DNA from: Spirochaetia bacterium
GTDB taxonomy: Bacteria; Spirochaetota; Spirochaetia; UBA9216
Direction of reading: 5' to 3'
Length of the DNA: 64,000 nucleotides
Assembly (NCBI GenBank): GCA_965140585.1
Contig: OZ223269.1
Location: 768,001 to 832,000, forward strand
Below the pieces are notes generated by a model that was not told the DNA's origin, searched no databases, and worked only from the letters and a program-made list of their open reading frames with translations. Made by a program: the position numbers and the translations under genes. This document shows, one piece after another, positions 1 through 9,419 of this stretch (position 1 is its first letter; every line of letters starts with the position of its first letter).

Positions 1-1
1 C

Positions 2-1162
2 CATAGACCGGACGAAGGCTTTAAGGACAATGCAGCCCGTTTTGCTTTGCTGTCCAGGGGGGCTTTTCAGCTTTGCCGAATGCTGCACTGGATTCCTGAT
101 GTCCTGCATTGTCATGACTGGCCGTCAGCGCCGGCATGTTATCTGCTGAAAAAAGAAGAACAGGCAACAGAGTTTTCTGACACATCAAGTGTTCTGACCA
201 TTCACAATCTCGGCTATCAGGGTATTTTTGATCTGAATGATGTTGTTTACCTTCAAAAAGAGACTGATCGACTGAATCTTTCGGCGCTTGAGTTCTCGGG
301 CGCACTGAACTTTCTGAAATCAGGAATAATAACCGCTGATAAAATTACAACAGTGTCTCCGAATTACGCCGAAGAAATTAAACGTCCTGAACACGGTTTT
401 AATATGGACGGACTGCTCAATTACAGGCACGAGGACCTTCACGGAATTCTTAACGGTATTGATTACGACGTCTGGTCACCTGAAAAGGACAAGTACATCG
501 AGCCTGATAATTTCAGTGCTGATTCACTTAAGAATAAAGCTTCTGTCAAAAAACTCCTGCAGAAGGAAATTGGCCTGAAGGTTGATCCGAAGGTGCCGCT
601 GGTTGGAATGATAAGCCGACTGGTAGAGCAGAAGGGCTTTAAGGAACTATGCGCTCCGAATTATGGATCTCTGTATTCGATTTGCAGCAGTATGAACGTA
701 CAGTTTGTGCTTCTCGGCAGCGGAGATCGCTGGTGTGAAGATGAACTCAACAGTCTGGCTCAGGGGCTTCCTAATTTATCTGTTTATATCGGGTTTAATA
801 ACCGTCTGGCACATCTGATCGAGGCCGGTTCTGATTTTTTCCTTATGCCCAGCATTTATGAACCCTGCGGCCTGAACCAGATTTACTCGCTTTCCTACGG
901 AACGCTGCCGATAGTTCGCTCTACAGGCGGTTTAGCCGATACTGTTGAAAATTATAATCAGGAAACCGGCAGCGGTACAGGCTTCGTCTTTGATGATATA
1001 AACCCGGAGGTTCTGTATAATGTAATTCACTGGGTGGTCGATACATGGGAGAACAGACGGCCTCATATTACAAAAATGCGGAAAGCTGCTATGAAAAAAA
1101 GATTCGACTGGGTGAAATCCGCCGAAGCTTATATCGAAATATATGAGAGTATGAAGGATTAA
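2..1162 (+). CDS. glgA: Glycogen synthase (GT5), 5'-truncated by window edge
   Basis: Frame is open from position 2 (HRPDEGFKDNAARF...); motifs LHCHDW, TIHNLGYQG, GILNGIDYDVWSP, SRLVEQKG, MPSIYEPCGLNQ, TGGLADTV. Confidence 0.95.
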   Translation, partial: HRPDEGFKDNAARFALLSRGAFQLCRMLHWIPDVLHCHDWPSAPACYLLKKEEQATEFSDTSSVLTIHNLGYQGIFDLNDVVYLQKETDRLNLSALEFSGALNFLKSGIITADKITTVSPNYAEEIKRPEHGFNMDGLLNYRHEDLHGILNGIDYDVWSPEKDKYIEPDNFSADSLKNKASVKKLLQKEIGLKVDPKVPLVGMISRLVEQKGFKELCAPNYGSLYSICSSMNVQFVLLGSGDRWCEDELNSLAQGLPNLSVYIGFNNRLAHLIEAGSDFFLMPSIYEPCGLNQIYSLSYGTLPIVRSTGGLADTVENYNQETGSGTGFVFDDINPEVLYNVIHWVVDTWENRRPHITKMRKAAMKKRFDWVKSAEAYIEIYESMKD

Positions 1163-1165
1163 ATT

Positions 1166-2131
1166 TCAGTCTTCCTGATCATCAATCTGCAGTATTTCTT
1201 CATCATCAAGGTAAAGTCCATGCTGCTTTGGAATGGCTCCGGAACTTATTTTCTGAATCAGCCGTAGAAGTTCCCTGCTGAAAGGGCTGTCAGGCGATTC
1301 AAGTACTGCAGGTTTTCGTGAAAATATTGACCGTCCGACACTTTGATCATCAGGCAGGCTGCCGATATCTTCAACTTCAATTCCAATATTTTTAACAGTT
1401 ATTTCTCTCAACTTTGAACCAAGAGCACTGTTGCCTGCATCAGAAACCCGGTTAAGTACTATCCAGGGGAAAAAGTCATGCAGTTTACTTTCTGCAACTT
1501 CACCGGAATGCCTGGAATATCCGTATAATTCATTTATTAAATCGGCACTGAAAGATCTACCCGATCCTTCAAGCTTCTGTGAAACAAAGTCCTGTATAAT
1601 TTTTCTTTCATCACTTTTCGCCTTGAAACTTCTGAAAAGCAGTCTGAAAACAGCGGTTTTTATAAAGGAGTAGGCATTCAGGATTGATGTAGTTTCAGGC
1701 GTGGTAATAATAATTCCGGGACTTGAAATAAGAAAAAAATCTATAGTGTTGTAGGCAGTGCCGGCACCAAGATCGAGCAGTACATAATCTGCTTCAATTT
1801 CAAGAATCTGTTTTATTATCCTTTGTTTAATAAAAAAGGGCAGATTTCCAGTCCCGGGATACAGCATGTCGCCTGGAATCATAAAAAGATTATCGTTGAT
1901 TGCCGGTACCATAATATCTTCAATATTCGATTCCTGTTTATTGATGAAGGCTCCCATACCGTTATGACGGTTTCGTACGCCAAGACAGGTGTGAAGATTA
2001 CTTCCACCTAAATCGAGATCAATTAACACAGTTTTAAATCCTAAGTTGGACAGGTGTACTCCGGCCGATCCGGTGATTACTGTTTTTCCGACGCCGCCTT
2101 TTCCGCTTGCTATTGGTAAAATTACTGCCAT
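1166..2131 (-). CDS. MinD/FlhG-like P-loop ATPase
   Basis: Deviant Walker A SGKGGVGKT immediately after ATG 2131; DLDLGGSNLH; LDLGAGT; TPETTS. Confidence 0.85.
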   Translation of the reverse strand: MAVILPIASGKGGVGKTVITGSAGVHLSNLGFKTVLIDLDLGGSNLHTCLGVRNRHNGMGAFINKQESNIEDIMVPAINDNLFMIPGDMLYPGTGNLPFFIKQRIIKQILEIEADYVLLDLGAGTAYNTIDFFLISSPGIIITTPETTSILNAYSFIKTAVFRLLFRSFKAKSDERKIIQDFVSQKLEGSGRSFSADLINELYGYSRHSGEVAESKLHDFFPWIVLNRVSDAGNSALGSKLREITVKNIGIEVEDIGSLPDDQSVGRSIFSRKPAVLESPDSPFSRELLRLIQKISSGAIPKQHGLYLDDEEILQIDDQED

Positions 2132-2209
2132 ACTTTCAGAATAGCGGAGGCCCGTGTATATTGCAAACAAAAAATTGTATTTAAAATTAAAATAAGATAT
2201 CATTAGCTG

Positions 2210-2869
2210 ATGAAAGTAACTGCATTCAGCGGAAGCCCGCGTAAAAATTCAAACAGCAGAAGAATATTGGATTCTTTTTTAAAAGGAGCAGAGACTGCAG
2301 GCGCAGAGATTAGTCTGTATGAAACTGATAAACTTGATATAAAGCCCTGTACGGGCTGCCTTGTGTGTAATGTAAAGAAGAAATGCATTATTAAAAATGA
2401 CGAATGGCAAGCCCTAAGCAGTGAGATACTGGCTTCGGACATCCTTGTTTTTGCAACACCGGTTTATTTTCATCATATGACAGCTTCACTGAAAAAAATA
2501 CTTGATCGGTTCAGATCATTTATCACGGTTCAAATTACAAGGGAAGGTATTCTTCATACTCCCAACATAGCCTGGTCGAAGAAGTTTCACCTTATAACTG
2601 CTATGGGCAGCAGCTCGGATGAAGATGCGGAGCCTCTTGTAGATCTTTTTAAATTCATAACTTCAGATTTTGGTGAAGGAAACAGTTTTACCTGTCAAAA
2701 CTCAACCAGACTTGCTGTTTCAGGTCAGCTTGATATGAATGCTTCAAGACTGAAGGCTCTGTATCGAATGATGAAGATTCCCGAAGATCTTGCCCAGCCA
2801 GATTATGAACGCAATCTTCAAATTCTGAAAGAGGCTGAAGAAACCGGTTATAAACTTGCCATGGAGTAG
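2210..2869 (+). CDS. Iron-sulfur flavoprotein / NADPH-dependent FMN reductase family
   Basis: GSPRKNSNS FMN loop, CxxCxxCx5C (CTGCLVCNVKKKC), TPVYF, LKKILDRF. Confidence 0.85.
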   Translation: MKVTAFSGSPRKNSNSRRILDSFLKGAETAGAEISLYETDKLDIKPCTGCLVCNVKKKCIIKNDEWQALSSEILASDILVFATPVYFHHMTASLKKILDRFRSFITVQITREGILHTPNIAWSKKFHLITAMGSSSDEDAEPLVDLFKFITSDFGEGNSFTCQNSTRLAVSGQLDMNASRLKALYRMMKIPEDLAQPDYERNLQILKEAEETGYKLAME

Positions 2870-2872
2870 TTT

Positions 2873-5092
2873 ATGTTTGATATAGAAAAATCACTCGAAC
2901 AGCAGATCCTGTCATTTAATCGCTCAAGACCGGTGGTGATCTTCACTGAATCTGTTGATATCAGGGTGCTCGAAGCCGTATCGTACCTATGCCGTTATAT
3001 AAAACCTGTTCTGCTGGTATCTGAAGACCGAATTCGCTCTCTATATGAGAACGAGGCGGCTGATATTGACAGGAGCCGTGTAGAATTCACAATTTCAGAA
3101 TCACGATTTATAAATATTGCAGCTGAACATGGTATTCTGGATGAATTCTGTGTTTTTTACAGCAGCCAGCTTGAATCTGAAGGAATCAAACCAAAGCTTG
3201 AGGAGGTAAAAGCTTCAGTTTCGGATCCGTGCCTGTTCGGAATTCTATGTGTTAAATTCGGATATGCGGATATGGTCGTGGGCGGAATAACGCATGAACC
3301 AATATCTTTTTTCAGACCGATGCTGAAGTATCTGAAAAAAAGGAAAGTTCAGTGTGAAACAGGTATTTTTGTTTTATCAGATGAGCATTCTGAAAAGGTT
3401 TTTCCAAAGAATATAATTGTATTTGGGGATGTCGGTGTTAATGCGACCATGGATGAAGAAACCCTTGCAAATATAGCCGTTGATATCTGCACTATTACAA
3501 GAAATATTATCCCTGAAGAGGTTCTGTCCAATATAAACGGAGCAATTGTTTCATATTCCAATCACGGCTCGGATGAAGGCCCTTCACCGAAACTTGTTAA
3601 TAAGGCTTCCTCCCTTGTTCCCGGACTGCTCAAAAAGTACATCAGTATGGATCGGCGTTACCTGACAATAAACATTGAAGGTGAGGTCAAGGTCAATGTT
3701 GCCCTGTCTGAAAGGTCTGCAATGTATTACAGCAAGCCTGGAGAAAAAGACTGGAAGGGAGGAACAAATGTAATAATATGTCCAAACCTTGATATGGGAA
3801 ATATGCTGTACCATCTTTATGCTACACGTTTCCCCGATGCCAAAAAATTTACCATAATTTCAGGCATAGGGTTTTCTGCTGTTGATCTTGCAAAGGACTG
3901 CAGCGCTGATGACATCCGTCTTGCTATTAAAGCAACAATGCTTAATCTTTTTCAGAAAGAAAATTGGGATAAGACTCCGCATGATCATTTTTTTCCGATG
4001 TATCGAATTCTGTCTATTAATCCCGGGTCAACTTCAACAAAGGTTAGTCTTTATGAGGGAGAATACCGGATTCTCTCAGAAGAACTGCAGCATAAGCCTG
4101 AAGAATTGAAAGAGTTTGAGAATAAACCTGTAACAGCGCAGTTTGAATACCGCAAGAGGATGGTTGAAAAATTTCTTACGGACAATGGCTACTACATTAA
4201 GGATCTTGATGCTGTGTCGGCCAGGGGCGGCCTGCTCAAGCCAATTCCACATGGAACCTATGCCGTAAATGAACTTATGCTTAAGCATTTAAAAGCTGGT
4301 ATAAGCGGGGAGCATGCATCAAATCTTGGGGGAATAATCGCTGATTCTCTTACAAAAGGCAGCGCTGTCCCCTCATTTATTACTGACCCCGTGGTTGTTG
4401 ATGAGGCTGATGACAGGGTTAAGATAACCGGAATAAAAAGCATTAAAAGAGAAATTATCAGTCATGCCTTGAATCAGATAGCCTCGGCCAGAAAGTATGC
4501 GTATGAGAACGAGACTTTCTATGAAAACATAAATGTCATTGTCTGCCATATGGGCGGCGGTATTTCCATCGGAGCGCATCACAGGGGGCGATATGTCGAT
4601 GTAAACAATGCTCTGAACGGTGAAGGCCCCTTTTCACCTCAGAGATCCGGGACTCTACCGGCCGGCGCTTTGATAGATCTCTGTTTTTCCGGCACATTAA
4701 GCGAAAAAGAGATAAGACGTCTGAATGTCGGAGGCGGAGGTTTATATGACCTGCTCGGAACTACAGATCTGAGAGAAATCATTGAACAGGCAAAGACCGA
4801 TACCTATGCTGAAACAGTACTTGAAGCCCTCGTATATCAGACTGCAAAGACGATAACCTCCTTACTTCCGGCTTTTAACGGGGAGGCGGTAGAGCAGGTA
4901 ATTCTTACCGGAGGAATGGTTAGGAGTGATTTGCTGGTTTCCAGGATAGAGGGTCTCATCATTCAGCTTAACTGCGGAATAACAGTTTACCCCGGTGAAA
5001 ACGAAATGGACGCTCTTGCAGCCGGTGCGGTAAGAGTACTCCAGGGGAAGGAGCAGATAAAACAATACAGTGCTGAACTTTTTACTAATTAA
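2873..5092 (+). CDS. buk: Fused phosphate acyltransferase (Pta/Ptb family) - butyrate kinase
   Basis: N-half: FGDVGVN, SYSNHGS, EGEVKVNVAL, CPNLDMGNMLY; C-half: INPGSTSTK, ARGGLLKP, HASNLGG, HALNQ, HMGGGISIGAH, GEGPFSPQRSG, YPGENEM. Confidence 0.9.
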   Translation: MFDIEKSLEQQILSFNRSRPVVIFTESVDIRVLEAVSYLCRYIKPVLLVSEDRIRSLYENEAADIDRSRVEFTISESRFINIAAEHGILDEFCVFYSSQLESEGIKPKLEEVKASVSDPCLFGILCVKFGYADMVVGGITHEPISFFRPMLKYLKKRKVQCETGIFVLSDEHSEKVFPKNIIVFGDVGVNATMDEETLANIAVDICTITRNIIPEEVLSNINGAIVSYSNHGSDEGPSPKLVNKASSLVPGLLKKYISMDRRYLTINIEGEVKVNVALSERSAMYYSKPGEKDWKGGTNVIICPNLDMGNMLYHLYATRFPDAKKFTIISGIGFSAVDLAKDCSADDIRLAIKATMLNLFQKENWDKTPHDHFFPMYRILSINPGSTSTKVSLYEGEYRILSEELQHKPEELKEFENKPVTAQFEYRKRMVEKFLTDNGYYIKDLDAVSARGGLLKPIPHGTYAVNELMLKHLKAGISGEHASNLGGIIADSLTKGSAVPSFITDPVVVDEADDRVKITGIKSIKREIISHALNQIASARKYAYENETFYENINVIVCHMGGGISIGAHHRGRYVDVNNALNGEGPFSPQRSGTLPAGALIDLCFSGTLSEKEIRRLNVGGGGLYDLLGTTDLREIIEQAKTDTYAETVLEALVYQTAKTITSLLPAFNGEAVEQVILTGGMVRSDLLVSRIEGLIIQLNCGITVYPGENEMDALAAGAVRVLQGKEQIKQYSAELFTN

Positions 5093-5139
5093 AGATCTGA
5101 TATAGAAAAATATCAGCAATTTAAATATACTCCTTTGCA

Positions 5140-5784
5140 ATGAAAGAATACAAGTACTACTTTTTTGATGTCGACGGCACCCTTCTCGATACTATAGAGC
5201 TTATTTACCAGACTTTTCACTATACATGTCTAAAATACGGTAATTATGAAATTGACCGTAAAGATGTTACAAAGCATGTAGGTATCCCCATTATGCAGCA
5301 GATGAAAATGTATTTTAAAGATTATTCTGATGAACAGCTGAATGGAATTCTCGATTCTCACAGGGAATATCAGAAACAGATTTACAGGGAATATCTTAAG
5401 CTGTTTCCGGATACCATAGATATTCTGAAAAAACTGAAAGATAAAAAGAAAAAAACTGCTCTGGTTACTTCAAGATCTCTTGATTCTCTGAACAGATATC
5501 TGCAGCACTTCAAGCTGGAAGATACCTTTGATCTGGTAGTTACACCGGAATCGACCGAAAAGCACAAACCGCATCCTGAACCGGTATTGTTTGCACTTGA
5601 TTATTTTAATGCCGGAAAGGAAGATGCTGTCTTTATTGGTGACGCAGAGTTTGATATTAAAAGCGGCTTCACTGCCGGAGTAGATACTGCATTTGCATCA
5701 TGGGGTCCGAACAATCCCGATGAACTTAAAACCCGTCCTGTGTATATACTTAATAATCTCAAGGAGCTTATTGCTGATATTTAA
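5140..5784 (+). CDS. HAD-family hydrolase (PpaX/Gph-like)
   Basis: FDVDGTLLDT, VTSR, KPHPEP, IGDAEFDI motifs. Confidence 0.9.
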   Translation: MKEYKYYFFDVDGTLLDTIELIYQTFHYTCLKYGNYEIDRKDVTKHVGIPIMQQMKMYFKDYSDEQLNGILDSHREYQKQIYREYLKLFPDTIDILKKLKDKKKKTALVTSRSLDSLNRYLQHFKLEDTFDLVVTPESTEKHKPHPEPVLFALDYFNAGKEDAVFIGDAEFDIKSGFTAGVDTAFASWGPNNPDELKTRPVYILNNLKELIADI

Positions 5785-6746
5785 TGAATCAAAAATTGAA
5801 TTTGCCTGCAAACCTATCTGTAAAACAGGATGGCTGGGGAGTCTCTCCATGTTCCGATTGTGATAATACCCCCTGTTGTAAAAATCTTCCGCTGGATATA
5901 TTAAAACTGCAGAATTATTCCGATATGGTAAACCTTCAGTTAAGTTCAGTATTCAGGGATATATATCTGGTATTGAAAAAAAGCGGTGAATGGAACCTGT
6001 ATCTACGGCGTAACTGTTTATTTGTTGATGCAGACAGCGGCAAGTGCCTTATTCATGCAATGCCGAATCAAAGTCTTATCTGTAAATCATATGATGCCCA
6101 TAGATGCTGGTATAAAGAAGCATTCAAGGCACACAGCAGTACTCTGATTAAATTTACTGGTGGAATGCTTGACGATTTTGAACATTCTTTAACCTGTGCT
6201 AACGGGAAATTTGACTGTGAATCCTATGATTTTGATACTTTGAGATCTACAATAACTGATGATTTTAATAAGCCGGTCAGTCAGAGACGTAATAGTAAAA
6301 GAGATTACAGACAGTACACTCTCTCTTATAAAAAAGCCTATGACCCGGATTTTCTCTTTCTTCCGCCCTATATAAAACCTTCGAGTATTAATCACCTTGA
6401 ACTTGCAGAATTCCGGCTTGGATTCCCCGGTGTCTATCTGGCTGTAGCAGATAACTGCTGGGCTTATTTGATAAAAACTTCTTTAGACCTTAAACGGCTG
6501 CAAATTATCCGGAAGAACCTTCCCTCAGTTGCTCCACAGGATTTCAGTTACAGTTTTAAAAGTTTCCAAAGAAATAGTCAGCCCTTTTCTGAAATAGGGG
6601 AAAAATTCGTTGTATTGCGAAAGGATAATCTGCCACTTTTAAAAAGTATGGTTAAGACGGATGCTGCCGGCAGAATAAAACGATTGCCGACAACTTATGA
6701 AATATATTTCGCACTCAAAAAAGACCGCCCTGAAAGGGCAGCCTGA
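5784..6746 (+). CDS. YkgJ/CxxCxxCC-like cysteine-cluster protein
   Basis: CSDCDNTPCC ... CLF ... KCLIH ... ICKSY ... CWY; start overlaps upstream stop (TAATG). Confidence 0.65.
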   Translation: MNQKLNLPANLSVKQDGWGVSPCSDCDNTPCCKNLPLDILKLQNYSDMVNLQLSSVFRDIYLVLKKSGEWNLYLRRNCLFVDADSGKCLIHAMPNQSLICKSYDAHRCWYKEAFKAHSSTLIKFTGGMLDDFEHSLTCANGKFDCESYDFDTLRSTITDDFNKPVSQRRNSKRDYRQYTLSYKKAYDPDFLFLPPYIKPSSINHLELAEFRLGFPGVYLAVADNCWAYLIKTSLDLKRLQIIRKNLPSVAPQDFSYSFKSFQRNSQPFSEIGEKFVVLRKDNLPLLKSMVKTDAAGRIKRLPTTYEIYFALKKDRPERAA

Positions 6747-7586
6747 CTAAAGTTTTTTATCTAAAAGTTTATCCAGTGATTCCTGAGACGCATGCAGGGT
6801 CTGTGAAATTGAATTAGCGTCCTTAAGCAGGGCAAACACCTTTTCAAGTGATTTCAATCCATCAGTCATCGCATCCGTCTGTTCTGTGACTGCTGCGTTG
6901 ATTTCCGCAAGTCTGTATCCGGAATCAGAGAGACTTTTTTCGTTCTGCTGAAAGGTTTCACTGGTATTTGCAAGTTCATCACGTGAGCTGTTTAACAGCA
7001 GTACGAGTTTATTAAAATTTTCCTGAATTTTGTTAATGCCGCTGTTAAACTCATTAATAGTGCCGGATATTGTTGTAGCAAAATCCTGGGTTTGCTCGGA
7101 AAGCTTTCTGATTTCCTTTGCAATAATATGAAAACCACGTCCTGCATTTCCGGCACGTGCAGCTTCAATTGATGCATTTATTGCAAGAATATTTGTCTGC
7201 TGGGCAACATCTTCAATTGCCTCAGTAATTTCCCGAACCTTGTAGGATTGCTGTTCAAGAGAATTGAAAAGTTTAAAAATCTTTTCAGATTCAGTGGTCG
7301 CTGTGGAAATTTCACTCACATTCTTTTGAATGTTCCTGTTTATAAGCGTTGAGGACTCGATAATGCTGTCCATTGCATTATTAATGCTCTTGGTATTGGC
7401 TGAAGTGCTTTGAGATGTTGCACGGACTTCTTCAAAGCTGGTAACAACGGTTTCAAGGGCATTATGGATAGCTGATATTTTTCTGGCTATTATATTCATC
7501 GCATTCTGAGTAATGCGGGAAAGTATAATACCCTTATTGTATCCGACTGTCAGCAGAGTCAGAGTTTTGCGAATAAATTTATTCAT
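6747..7586 (-). CDS. Soluble (cytoplasmic) methyl-accepting chemotaxis protein
   Basis: Signalling hairpin [34 protein letters not shown]; no TM or sensor domain. Confidence 0.92.
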   Translation of the reverse strand: MNKFIRKTLTLLTVGYNKGIILSRITQNAMNIIARKISAIHNALETVVTSFEEVRATSQSTSANTKSINNAMDSIIESSTLINRNIQKNVSEISTATTESEKIFKLFNSLEQQSYKVREITEAIEDVAQQTNILAINASIEAARAGNAGRGFHIIAKEIRKLSEQTQDFATTISGTINEFNSGINKIQENFNKLVLLLNSSRDELANTSETFQQNEKSLSDSGYRLAEINAAVTEQTDAMTDGLKSLEKVFALLKDANSISQTLHASQESLDKLLDKKL

Positions 7587-7603
7587 ATTCCAATCAGCCT
7601 GCC

Positions 7604-8377
7604 TTAGTTGTATAAATCGTCAATTATATCGATGCCGCAGCTTAGACCGGAAAACCAGTCCAGAAACTTATTGACATTGTCACCCGTATAAATGGCACCA
7701 TGCTGAGGAGCTATCATACTGATGTTCATGCCACTAAGTTTGCTGATCCATTTCTTGATTACTTTATTCGAGCTCATATAGCGTTTGTGGAAACCTTCAC
7801 AAATTTTAATATGCTCATTAAAATCCTCAACAAAAAGATACTGATTGCCGGGTTTAAATACCGCGGCTCCGATGTCTCCAGTGAAAAGAATTCCTGATGT
7901 TTCATCAAAAAAAGAATAACATCCGGTTGAGTGGAGAAAATGTGAAGGAACCATTACAAGTTCCCTGTTCTGTGATATTTTCAGCCTTCCACCCAGATTT
8001 TCAATAGATGAAATCCTGCTATTATCAACTATTCCGAAATGCGGAATAAATCTGAGCCACAGGCCTGAAATGTATATTTTCGCATTTGTAACGCCCAGCC
8101 ACAGTGCAATACCGCTGGAAACATCAGGATCCTGATGCGAGTAGAAAATATTATCAATGTGATCGAGATCTATATACTGACTTACCAGGGCTACTACTCT
8201 TGAAAAAAGGTGAATCCCACCCGGATCTACGAGAGTTCCCCTTCCATTGTTAATTATTAGGTACTGATTGGTCTGTACTACACCAACTTCTTCTTCCTCA
8301 TCGGCGCCAAGCCAGATAAACTGATGGCCTTCTGTCTGGAATAAAATCTTTCCGTTTATATCTTCAGAATTAATCAA
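7604..8377 (-). CDS. MBL-fold oxygen-binding di-iron protein (ODP-like)
   Basis: [44 protein letters not shown]; directly upstream of soluble MCP; TTG start. Confidence 0.85.
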   Translation of the reverse strand: MINSEDINGKILFQTEGHQFIWLGADEEEEVGVVQTNQYLIINNGRGTLVDPGGIHLFSRVVALVSQYIDLDHIDNIFYSHQDPDVSSGIALWLGVTNAKIYISGLWLRFIPHFGIVDNSRISSIENLGGRLKISQNRELVMVPSHFLHSTGCYSFFDETSGILFTGDIGAAVFKPGNQYLFVEDFNEHIKICEGFHKRYMSSNKVIKKWISKLSGMNISMIAPQHGAIYTGDNVNKFLDWFSGLSCGIDIIDDLYN

Positions 8378-8480
8378 TTATTTCCCCGTTATATAAAAAT
8401 TTAGTATTATAATATAATTAATATATGGAAATGGCAAATAACTTTCATATTATTAAATTATTATAATATAAGGAGTTTTA

Positions 8481-8990
8481 ATGAAGCGGATTTTTTTTAT
8501 AAGTTTATTGGTGCTGTCCGCCGTTTTGGTTTTCGGGCAGGAAGTTACAGTAACCATCAGTAATGATACGGGCTATGATATAACCAGTCTTTATTTTTCA
8601 CCTACCGACTTTGATGACTGGGGAGATGATTTTCTTGAGGGAGATATCCTTTATTACGGTGATGAAATTACAATTTCACTCGACATGTATGATGCTGAAG
8701 CTGTTTTGTATGATCTGCAGGCTGTTGATATCGATGACGATTATTATTCGAAGTATGAAATCGATATTTCGGCTGATGATGTAATCTATCTTACAATTGA
8801 TGATTACGAAGGATTCGATGATTATGATGACAGTTATGATGATTACTCAAGTTATGATGACGGTTATAATGACGGATACAGCGAAGGTTATAAGCAGGGA
8901 TATACTGACGCATTCAGGGATGCATATCTCGAAGGATTTAAAGCCGGCCAGGAATTAAATACCGATACTGCACCTGACAGGTGGAGATGA
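8481..8990 (+). CDS. Secreted acidic hypothetical protein with D/Y-rich, GxxxG-repeat tail
   Basis: SD AAGGAG; signal peptide MKRIFFISLLVLSAVLVFG; NxTGYxI...SP...WGxD domain. Confidence 0.8.
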   Translation: MKRIFFISLLVLSAVLVFGQEVTVTISNDTGYDITSLYFSPTDFDDWGDDFLEGDILYYGDEITISLDMYDAEAVLYDLQAVDIDDDYYSKYEIDISADDVIYLTIDDYEGFDDYDDSYDDYSSYDDGYNDGYSEGYKQGYTDAFRDAYLEGFKAGQELNTDTAPDRWR

Positions 8991-9020
8991 TTTTTAAGTA
9001 TCAATTAACAATTTATAAAT

Positions 9021-9050
9021 TAAAAAAGGCCGGATATACCGGCCTTTTTT
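9021..9050. terminator. Bidirectional intrinsic terminator
   Basis: AAAAAAGGCCGG-atata-CCGGCCTTTTTT between convergent genes. Confidence 0.85.
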
Positions 9051-9401
9051 TCAGCAGAAGGAGCTTATCACCGTTTCTTTGAAAAGATTAAGTTCTTCAA
9101 ATATGAATGATTCAAACTTCCCGGCTTTTACATAATCACCAATTGAAGAATGTTTTTCGTATTCCGAAAGAATAGAACTTATACGGGTTCCGCCGTTCTT
9201 TTCTGTAAAAGATCTGATTTCGGACACCGCCCTGCAGATAGTCTTATTTTCTCGCGTTATTATAGACTGCTCCAGATTAAAAAGCAGATTATGGTATCTG
9301 TCAAGAAAATAGCCTATCCTGCTGCCGCCATAATTGTCTTCACTGCTGTAACCAAGGAACTTTTTAAAATCCAGTACAGCTTCATCAAATATCAGTTCCA
9401 T
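9051..9401 (-). CDS. Hypothetical protein, possibly HPt-like helical bundle
   Basis: 116-aa helical ORF 18 bp downstream of gcvPB; weak HPt-like pattern, no His at the expected site. Confidence 0.5.
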   Translation of the reverse strand: MELIFDEAVLDFKKFLGYSSEDNYGGSRIGYFLDRYHNLLFNLEQSIITRENKTICRAVSEIRSFTEKNGGTRISSILSEYEKHSSIGDYVKAGKFESFIFEELNLFKETVISSFC

Positions 9402-9419
9402 ATAACAAGAATAAGATCT

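Noticed and set aside
8790-8900. CRISPR-like or DNA tandem repeat
   Set aside because: GATGAT/TATGAT periodicity comes from Asp/Tyr codons; no repeat-spacer structure
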